DNA of 64,000 bases from an uncultured virus (IMG/VR IMGVR_UViG_3300032295_002297) (lineage: Duplodnaviria; Heunggongvirae; Uroviricota; Caudoviricetes): the IMG/VR virus record IMGVR_UViG_3300032295_002297; one strand, 5' to 3'. A program made the position numbers and the translations under genes. The notes under the pieces were generated by a model. That model saw nothing but the letters and a program-made list of their open reading frames with translations, was not told the DNA's origin and made no database searches. Shown in pieces: positions 51,055 to 59,025 of the stretch (the stretch's first letter is position 1; each line of letters opens with the position of its first letter).

Positions 51055-52265
51055 TACATATATTAGAATATAAAACCTGTTACTTTGATAGAAATCCAAA
51101 CATATTATTACAATATGTTAATATGGAAATTATATTTGAACGTTTACTATCAAAAACTAAAGTAATTGGTGAATTAATATCAACTAAAAATTATATTCAT
51201 ATTGAAATAGAAAGAAATGGTAAATTATTTAACAAAAACACAATATCAGATTACATAGAACAAAACCCAAATATATCAATACTGTTTTTTAATATAGATA
51301 TTTTTGAAGATTGCACTTTATTTGAAAATAAATATGTGGATTATCTTTCTAAAAAATATCCTAATATAAAATTTATAGTATTAACGGATGAAACTTTTAT
51401 GCAATACACACATAATTGTTTTAAAAATGAAAATGTATTTTATATAATAAATAGTTTACAAAACCCATATGATTTAATTCCAACTATTTCATCTATGGAA
51501 AGGGTTGCAAATTACTATATAATAAACACATATTTGCAAGAAAATTATAATAAATTTTTAAGTTCATTGTTTCATCAAACCCATTCTTTGGTAAGAACAA
51601 AAAAGTATAATTTTTTTAATGGAATACATAAACCGCATCGCTTAAAATGCTATGAAATAATTAAAAATAATAATTTGTTAGATGATGGATATTTTTCGTA
51701 TGTTGACTTTGCATATTTTAAAAACGATGAAGAACAATATCAGCAATTCATGCAATTTTTAGGATTTGAATCTATCCAATCTTATTTGGATTATTTAAAT
51801 GGATTTGAGATACCATATTTGTGTGATACAATTGATGTAGATCCAAATGTGTTTGTTGCATTTGCAATACCACCTCAGTATTCTTTACAAAGTTATGTAT
51901 CTATAACTACAGAAACATATTTCTTTGAAGGGCAAACTGCAAAAAATGTAAATTTTTCGGAAAAATCATTAAAAGGGTTTTATGGATTTAATATACCATT
52001 GATATTAGGACAACCAACCTCAATTCGTTATCTAAAAGATTTGGGATTTGATATGTTTGAAGATTTGTTTGATTTAAGTCCAAAATATACAAGGAAAGAA
52101 ATATTTGAACAATTTGATAATAATGTTAAGGTTATCAAAAATATGACTAAAGATGATTTGCATAATTATTATGTAAAAAATACTGATAGAATTTCCAATA
52201 ATTTTGAAATTTTGACAAGTAGAATGTTAGAATATGATTTATATAATCTAAATAATTTTTTATGA
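51051..52265 (+). CDS. Putative glycosyltransferase, GT10-like family (paralog 4)
   Basis: FFNGIHKPHR and SYVSITTET...FSEKSLKGF...PLILG....YLKDLGFDMFEDLFD. Confidence 0.5.
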   Translation: MIHILEYKTCYFDRNPNILLQYVNMEIIFERLLSKTKVIGELISTKNYIHIEIERNGKLFNKNTISDYIEQNPNISILFFNIDIFEDCTLFENKYVDYLSKKYPNIKFIVLTDETFMQYTHNCFKNENVFYIINSLQNPYDLIPTISSMERVANYYIINTYLQENYNKFLSSLFHQTHSLVRTKKYNFFNGIHKPHRLKCYEIIKNNNLLDDGYFSYVDFAYFKNDEEQYQQFMQFLGFESIQSYLDYLNGFEIPYLCDTIDVDPNVFVAFAIPPQYSLQSYVSITTETYFFEGQTAKNVNFSEKSLKGFYGFNIPLILGQPTSIRYLKDLGFDMFEDLFDLSPKYTRKEIFEQFDNNVKVIKNMTKDDLHNYYVKNTDRISNNFEILTSRMLEYDLYNLNNFL

Positions 52266-53053
52266 AAAATATAAATAATTTAATAGTATGTGGGGATTCA
52301 TTCACAGAAGGACATGAGATGGGAGAAACTGCATCTTGGGCACATTGGACAGCTGATAGTTTAAATTTAAAATTAATAAATTTAGCATCGGGCGGAATGA
52401 GTAACGAATGGATTTCATTACAAACCATATCATTTTTACAAAAAAATCCCCATCTATGGAATAATTCAGTTGTGATAATAGCATGGACTGAAATGATGAG
52501 GCAAATGATTCATTTTGATGATATGGGTGGTAAAATTGGAAAATGGATTTGGAGTGCACAACCAAATGATTTTATATCAGATGATTGTGGTGAAGATACG
52601 CCCGGTTATTGGATATATAATAATAAAAATGCATTATATCCATTTTTTTCTGATTTAAATTGGGCATTGATGAAAACATATCAATCAATGTTAATGGTTA
52701 AAACATTTTGTGATGCTAAAGGTATTCCATATATGTTTTTTGATGCTGTAAATGATAATAAACTTTATTTTGAAAATGAAAAGGTTTATATTAGAGATTA
52801 TAAATTTGAAAAAGAAGAATTTAATTTAGATAGTTCATTGGATTTTGTAAAAAACATAGTTGATATTGATATGGTAAATTTACTATTTGATGAAAGATAT
52901 GTAGATGTTGATGGGACACCTATTTTACAATTTATACACAAATGGGGAGATGAAAGATATTGTGAGGGTAATTCAGGCCATACTAATGTAATAGGTGCAA
53001 AAGAAGTTTCAAAATATATAGTTAAACATTATGAGAGAATATACAATAAATGA
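52262..53053 (+). CDS. SGNH-like protein (6 of 9)
   Basis: VCGDSFTEG, NLASGGMSN, IAWT...R, SGHTN. Confidence 0.7.
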   Translation: MKNINNLIVCGDSFTEGHEMGETASWAHWTADSLNLKLINLASGGMSNEWISLQTISFLQKNPHLWNNSVVIIAWTEMMRQMIHFDDMGGKIGKWIWSAQPNDFISDDCGEDTPGYWIYNNKNALYPFFSDLNWALMKTYQSMLMVKTFCDAKGIPYMFFDAVNDNKLYFENEKVYIRDYKFEKEEFNLDSSLDFVKNIVDIDMVNLLFDERYVDVDGTPILQFIHKWGDERYCEGNSGHTNVIGAKEVSKYIVKHYERIYNK

Positions 53054-53663
53054 TAGTTGGGATTGGGTTACTCATTTTGAAAATGAAATAGCATCGTATT
53101 GCTGTTCAAAACATGCTATTGCATGTGATTCAAACTCAAATGCAATCCGTTTGGTTTTACATTATTTGGATATACAAAAAGAACAAATTACTATACCTGC
53201 TAAAACCTATGTATCAGTTCCAAATCAAATTATATTAAGTAATAATATACCTGTATTTGAAGATTATGATTGGGATGGTATGTATAAATTAGGAAATGTC
53301 CCAATTGTAGATGCGGCAACCGCATTTTATGAAGATATGTATGACGGTGAAAACTATATGATATTATCATTTCATTTTAAAAAGATTTTAAACATTGGGA
53401 CTGGTGGTATGATACTAACCAATGATGATGAATTCAATGAATGGGCAAGACCTATGATATACGATGGTAGAGATAAAACCAAATTATATTCAGATGATGA
53501 TTTCCAATGTGTGGGTTGGCATATGTATATGAGTCCAGAGCAAGCTAAAAGAGGATTGGAAATATTTCATTCTGATAAAATAAAATCATTCAATCCACAT
53601 TGTGGTGGTAGTTGGATGTATAAAGATTTAAGAGAGCAAAAAATATATAAAGATTACATTTAG
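53031..53663 (+). CDS. DegT/DnrJ/EryC1/StrS PLP-dependent aminotransferase (short, 210 aa)
   Basis: FENEIASY..SKHAIA, IPAKTYVS, VDAA, SFHFKKILNIGTGGMILTND (PLP Lys), GWHMYMS. Confidence 0.8.
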   Translation: MREYTINDSWDWVTHFENEIASYCCSKHAIACDSNSNAIRLVLHYLDIQKEQITIPAKTYVSVPNQIILSNNIPVFEDYDWDGMYKLGNVPIVDAATAFYEDMYDGENYMILSFHFKKILNIGTGGMILTNDDEFNEWARPMIYDGRDKTKLYSDDDFQCVGWHMYMSPEQAKRGLEIFHSDKIKSFNPHCGGSWMYKDLREQKIYKDYI

Positions 53664-53666
53664 GTT

Positions 53667-55592
53667 TTGATTAATAAGTTACAAATATCGTTCGTTCAAC
53701 CAAATTTCAGACAAGGGCCTGGTGGAATAGCTGCATATTTACCATATAGTTGTGGTTTATTGTGGGCACATGCTCAAACTAATGATTTGGTTAGAGATGG
53801 TATTAGACTTCATAGAATAATCTATAATAGAGAACCAATAAATGAATTGGCCACCGAATTATCTAAAATGGATATAGTTGCATTTTCAACTTATGTATGG
53901 AATCGTAATTATAACTTTACATTGGCTAAAAAGATAAAAGAAATCAATCCAAACGTATTGGTAATATTTGGAGGACCAGAACCACCAATTACGGATTCCG
54001 AAATCTTTACTAAATGGATGCCATTTGCGGATTTGATTGTTAAAAGTGAAGGTGAGTTTATATTCACAAACGTTTTAGAAAGTAGAGTAATAGGTAGATG
54101 GTATGATTTAATACCCGGCTTACTTATTAACGTAAATGGTGAGGTTTTAAATACCGGAAACGCCCTTCGTATTGAAACATTGGATGATGTTCCATCTCCA
54201 TATCTAACGGGTGTATTTGACGATATAATGCCATTGGAAAACGAATGGAATGGAACATTGGAAACCAATAGAGGGTGTCCATATAAGTGCACCTTTTGTG
54301 ATTGGGGTTCTTTAACTTATAGTAAGGTAAAACAATTTGGTTTGACTAGAGTATTCCACGAATTAGAATGGATGGCTGATAATAAGATAGGTTATTTGGA
54401 TGTGGCTGATGCAAACTTTGGTATATTCGTTGAAAGGGATAATATGATCGTGGATAAACTAATAGAAGTTCAGAAAAGAACGGGTTATCCATATAGAACG
54501 GGATGGAGTTGGGCTAAAAATCAAAAATCTGAAGTAGTTGCAATAGCTAAAAAGTTAATTAATAGTGGTCACTTCAATAATGGATTAACTATTAGTTTAC
54601 AATCATTAGATGAGAACACTTTAAAAACAATTAAACGAAGTAATTTAGGTATTAATAAAATATCAGATATATTTGAGGAGTGTAGAATGATGGGAGTTCC
54701 TCTAAACACCGAATTAATCATTGGATTGCCTGGCGAAACATTGGAAAGTTGGACAGATACGATGTTTGGTGTGTTAGAAGTGGGACAGCATGATAGTATC
54801 GAAGCATGGCAGGCTCAAATATTGGAAAATGCGGAAATGAATCTATCACAAAGAGAATCTCACACAATTAGAGGACAATATGTGTATGATTATTTCCCCA
54901 ATGCTTCGGATGATGAAGCACCTGAACATAGTGAGATAGTTGTATCAACATCTACTATGGATATTGATGAAATGATAGAGGCTTATAAGTTATCTTGGTT
55001 TTTAATAACTTGGCATACGGGTGGATTTTCTCAAATAGCTGCCAGATTCATTAGAAAGTATAAAGGTGATACATATAAGGAATTTTATACTAAATTTAGA
55101 GAGTTTTTGAAATCGGATTCATTTTGGAAAGAGGAAGAGAATACTCTTAGTGAGATTATGATGAATTGGTTTGATAAAGGTGAGAGAATTGATACTATAG
55201 TAGGGCCGGTTCGTATAAACGCATCTACAAATCAATATAGAACCCTATTTAGAGTTCATTCCGATGAGAAGTATGAACATATGTATGATTTATTGGCTAG
55301 ATTTATTGATACATACGAATTACCATCAGATATTACACATGATTTACTAATGTTAAACAAATGTGTGGTAGCTGAGCAAAGAAATTTAATAGATTATTCA
55401 TTTAATATGAATTATAATTTATTGGAATATATTATAGATATGGATTCCCAATTAAACGAGGAAGAAACTACTATAAAAATAACATATCCGCATGACCCAA
55501 TTAGAAGTAAGGATTTGGCATGGTTTATGGAGAGCTTATTCTTTGCAAGAAGAAGAAGTTTTGGTAAAAACTTTTTAGAAACGATAAAATAG
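53667..55592 (+). CDS. Cobalamin-binding radical SAM enzyme
   Basis: N-terminal B12-binding-like region (AFSTYVWN, IFGGPE, EGE) and ETNRGCPYKCTFCDW; ELIIGLPGET. TTG start. Confidence 0.85.
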   Translation: MINKLQISFVQPNFRQGPGGIAAYLPYSCGLLWAHAQTNDLVRDGIRLHRIIYNREPINELATELSKMDIVAFSTYVWNRNYNFTLAKKIKEINPNVLVIFGGPEPPITDSEIFTKWMPFADLIVKSEGEFIFTNVLESRVIGRWYDLIPGLLINVNGEVLNTGNALRIETLDDVPSPYLTGVFDDIMPLENEWNGTLETNRGCPYKCTFCDWGSLTYSKVKQFGLTRVFHELEWMADNKIGYLDVADANFGIFVERDNMIVDKLIEVQKRTGYPYRTGWSWAKNQKSEVVAIAKKLINSGHFNNGLTISLQSLDENTLKTIKRSNLGINKISDIFEECRMMGVPLNTELIIGLPGETLESWTDTMFGVLEVGQHDSIEAWQAQILENAEMNLSQRESHTIRGQYVYDYFPNASDDEAPEHSEIVVSTSTMDIDEMIEAYKLSWFLITWHTGGFSQIAARFIRKYKGDTYKEFYTKFREFLKSDSFWKEEENTLSEIMMNWFDKGERIDTIVGPVRINASTNQYRTLFRVHSDEKYEHMYDLLARFIDTYELPSDITHDLLMLNKCVVAEQRNLIDYSFNMNYNLLEYIIDMDSQLNEEETTIKITYPHDPIRSKDLAWFMESLFFARRRSFGKNFLETIK

Positions 55593-55596
55593 GATT

Positions 55597-56508
55597 ATGA
55601 AACATATATTATGCACGGGTTGTTCATTTACAAAGAATGTTAGGTTTAATCCCGATGCACCATTCAATCAAGGACCAGAGGATAGATATTCTTGGCCATA
55701 TTACTTACAAAAAGAGTTGGGTGATGATGTATTGGTGTATAATTTGGGTGGAGCTACAAACGATAACGTTTCGATGTGTAGAATTATCTTTTATTGGATA
55801 AAAAAACTGATTAAGGAAGGAGTTGATGTAAAAGATATACATACAATCATCCAATGGTCAGACCCAACTAGACAATCTATATACATTACTAATAATAATC
55901 CTATAGAAATTATTGAAAAAGCTCATACACTTATGTATTGGGAAAATTGGAGAGAGGAAAATGCGTTATTCTTTTTAACGGGTGGATATGCACCGCCGGA
56001 TGATGCTTTGGCTGGGTTGGGTATTGATAACGCAGTAAAGTATTGGGAGTTGGAAGTAAATTGGGATAACATTCTTAATCAAACAATCAGTTGGTTAGAG
56101 GCCTGGTCTCATTTGGTATTATTTTGTGACAAAAACGGAATTCAACATAATTATATGAGTATGAGGAATCCATATTCATACGAAGCCAGAGAAGTTTTAT
56201 TTGGAGCACCTGAAAACAATTCGGATATACCAACAAAAACAATATGGTTTGATAAGCATGAGATTCTTAAACCATATATTAACGAATTACCAATTGATAG
56301 TAAACTACATTGGCATTATAAAAATTACAATGGTTTATTAGAATGGACAATTGATAATTGTGAAGATATTTTACCATTTCAGGAATCAAACGGATTATCA
56401 TATAGTGAATATCTAAAAATACAACCAAATGGTTGGGGGCACCCATCACCTCAAATGATGGAAAAGTTTATTAAAACGGAATTACTAAAGAATTTAAATA
56501 TTAACTAA
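55597..56508 (+). CDS. SGNH-like protein (7 of 9)
   Basis: CTGCSFT, SWP, NLGG..NDN, QWSDPTR, WGHPS. Confidence 0.65.
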   Translation: MKHILCTGCSFTKNVRFNPDAPFNQGPEDRYSWPYYLQKELGDDVLVYNLGGATNDNVSMCRIIFYWIKKLIKEGVDVKDIHTIIQWSDPTRQSIYITNNNPIEIIEKAHTLMYWENWREENALFFLTGGYAPPDDALAGLGIDNAVKYWELEVNWDNILNQTISWLEAWSHLVLFCDKNGIQHNYMSMRNPYSYEAREVLFGAPENNSDIPTKTIWFDKHEILKPYINELPIDSKLHWHYKNYNGLLEWTIDNCEDILPFQESNGLSYSEYLKIQPNGWGHPSPQMMEKFIKTELLKNLNIN

Positions 56509-56512
56509 AGTT

Positions 56513-57370
56513 ATGAAAATACATTGTTTTGGAGATAGTTGGACAGATGGTATAGGGGTTGAGTGGGCGCCTGGTATGGGTGCTATACCTTCGGCTGATA
56601 AGTATGATAAAGATTGGGATAGTGAAAAAAACAAATATTCTTGGCCAGGGCAACTTCAATCTTTGGTTGGAAATAATTTTATTGTAAAAAATAAAGGAAT
56701 TTGTGGTTACTCTAATGATGAAATTTATAAAGAAATTATACAATCTATATGGAATGGAGAAATCCAATCAGGTGATTTAGTTATAACATCATTATCATCA
56801 ATTATAAGACAACCATTGCATTTTTTATATACACAGCATGGTGTTGATGGATTCACCAGCTATTCAAATGCAGTTTTTATGCATTATAAGAAGGGCTTTA
56901 TGAATGATAAATTAAATTGGATTGAGAGTATAGAAAATGAAAAAATAAAAGATATAACACACGATGTATATATGGATTATATTGTAAATCGATTTGATTA
57001 TGATTTACTATATGAAATGAATATGAATTATATTTGTAATTTACAAATTTATTTTGAAAAATTGGGAGTATCTTATTTATTCACTAATGCATTTGAACAA
57101 AATTTATCAAAAACTATTTCCTTTCATAATCAAATAAAATTGGAACATTGGATAATGCCAGATTATAGTTTTCAGGAGTATTTGCTGGATGAATCAAAAA
57201 AAATAGATACTAAAAAACTTGGTTATTCTGTTTGGGAAGATGATATAATTAATGTAGAAAAAAATCAAGATGGTCCGCATCCAAATAGAATAGGATATAA
57301 AATTATAGCTGAATTGGTATATTCGGAAATAGTAAAAAGAAAAATATTAAAAGATGCAAGTATTATATAG
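56513..57370 (+). CDS. SGNH-like protein (8 of 9)
   Basis: CFGDSWTDG, NKGICGYSN, DGPHPNRIGY. Confidence 0.75.
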   Translation: MKIHCFGDSWTDGIGVEWAPGMGAIPSADKYDKDWDSEKNKYSWPGQLQSLVGNNFIVKNKGICGYSNDEIYKEIIQSIWNGEIQSGDLVITSLSSIIRQPLHFLYTQHGVDGFTSYSNAVFMHYKKGFMNDKLNWIESIENEKIKDITHDVYMDYIVNRFDYDLLYEMNMNYICNLQIYFEKLGVSYLFTNAFEQNLSKTISFHNQIKLEHWIMPDYSFQEYLLDESKKIDTKKLGYSVWEDDIINVEKNQDGPHPNRIGYKIIAELVYSEIVKRKILKDASII

Positions 57371-58079
57371 TCACGGTGATTCTGTAGTGTGGGGAGCTGA
57401 ATTAGAAAATAAAAAAATAGAAAGATTTTCACATCATATTTCTAAGAAATTGGGTTTGATGGATTGTAACAACGCATCTGCAGGAGTATCGAATGATTAC
57501 ATTTACAGACATACCATACGAGATGTTTCCCATTGGTTAAAAAATGGAGTTGTATGGAGTGAAGATGTGGGATGGGTATCTGCATCTAATCTTATAGTAG
57601 TGATAGGTTGGACTGCTCCTACTCGATTTGAATGGTGGGATGGTAATAAATACCAACAAGAAAGATTGTGGGTTGGATATGATAAATGGGGTGAGCCTGA
57701 TAAAGATAGGACAACTGAAGATCAATTTGTTTTAAACCAAACTTCGGATATACCATCATATATCAGAACATTTAATCATATTATTTCCTTATCTGCGTTT
57801 TTAGAAAAACACAATATATCATATTATTTCTTCAATAGTTTTTACGAATACAAACTCCCAAAAGAACCAACTGATTTAATCGATAATTATGGTAAACCGC
57901 ATTTTCAGTTAGATTTACATTCATTATGGTCACAATTACCAGATGAATTTACATTTGGTAATATGTATGATTATATAAAATTTATGGGTGAAGGATTTTT
58001 ACCACGTAATCACCCAACAAAAGAAGCCCATAAAGAATGGAGTGAATTTTTAATAAAAGAAATAGATGAAAGAAATTAA
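57354..58079 (+). CDS. SGNH-like protein (9 of 9; DUF6071-like)
   Basis: SHGDSVVWGAEL, NNASAGVSN, IGWT...RFE, NHPTKEAH. Confidence 0.7.
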   Translation: MQVLYSHGDSVVWGAELENKKIERFSHHISKKLGLMDCNNASAGVSNDYIYRHTIRDVSHWLKNGVVWSEDVGWVSASNLIVVIGWTAPTRFEWWDGNKYQQERLWVGYDKWGEPDKDRTTEDQFVLNQTSDIPSYIRTFNHIISLSAFLEKHNISYYFFNSFYEYKLPKEPTDLIDNYGKPHFQLDLHSLWSQLPDEFTFGNMYDYIKFMGEGFLPRNHPTKEAHKEWSEFLIKEIDERN

Positions 58080-59025
58080 AAAAAATACTAGGCTTACATT
58101 GTTATCTGATATTTTTTGTTATAAAGCAAAAGATTTTTATCTTTTAACAATTCCAAAAATAGCATCTTCGTGGGCTTATCAGTTATTTTTACATAACAAA
58201 GGGTTGAGAGATGTTCCGATTGAAGAAATTTATAAAAATGAAAAAAATACTGTTGATATTAATCAATTAAATTTTACAATACCACAATATGATGAAGAAT
58301 TATCATTTGATGTATGTTCATTTACAAAAGATTGGAATCTATTATTGGAAAATAAATCTAACATTGATTTTATTTTTTTAATGAGAGACCCAATAAGTAA
58401 ATTTACTACGGGAGTAATGCAAGATGTAATTTTTAATAATTTTAGTATGAGTTCACCTCATATTATAGAAATATTGGAAAAGTATCCAAATAAAGAAGAA
58501 CTTAATCAATTTTATCAATTTAATAAATCTAAAATTACGGATGAAAATGAAGAATGGTGGAATATTTTAGATTTAAATTGGGATATTGCTATATACAATG
58601 TAATGTTTTTTATTGTAGAAAATATAATAGACAATTGGATAACAAATATAGAAAATATAATAGAATATAGAAAAGGACATAAAAATATGAACTTATTTTT
58701 TTATTATAAATTACTTTTTAATTCAAACATTGATAAAACTAAAATAAAAATTTTGGATATTGATAAAGAAAATACATACGATTATTTAATAAATAAATAC
58801 AATTTAACTCTAACCAATTTGGAATCAAAATATAAATTCAATGAAACTGCATCTATATTTAAAAAGATTATTAAAAAATCAATGTTAAAACATGAAGAAC
58901 TTATGAGTTCAATTTTTTATGTAGATCTATTATTATATTGTGATATACATAATTATTTATATTTGGAACAAATAACTCCTGAAAAAGTTTGGTTTGATAG
59001 TTTATTAAAATATAGAAATGAATAA
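58066..59025 (+). CDS. Sulfotransferase-like protein (Sulfotransfer_2-type motifs)
   Basis: TIPKIASS resembles the 5'-PSB loop and FLMRDPISKF resembles the 3'-PB motif. The rest is divergent. Confidence 0.5.
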   Translation: MKEIKKNTRLTLLSDIFCYKAKDFYLLTIPKIASSWAYQLFLHNKGLRDVPIEEIYKNEKNTVDINQLNFTIPQYDEELSFDVCSFTKDWNLLLENKSNIDFIFLMRDPISKFTTGVMQDVIFNNFSMSSPHIIEILEKYPNKEELNQFYQFNKSKITDENEEWWNILDLNWDIAIYNVMFFIVENIIDNWITNIENIIEYRKGHKNMNLFFYYKLLFNSNIDKTKIKILDIDKENTYDYLINKYNLTLTNLESKYKFNETASIFKKIIKKSMLKHEELMSSIFYVDLLLYCDIHNYLYLEQITPEKVWFDSLLKYRNE

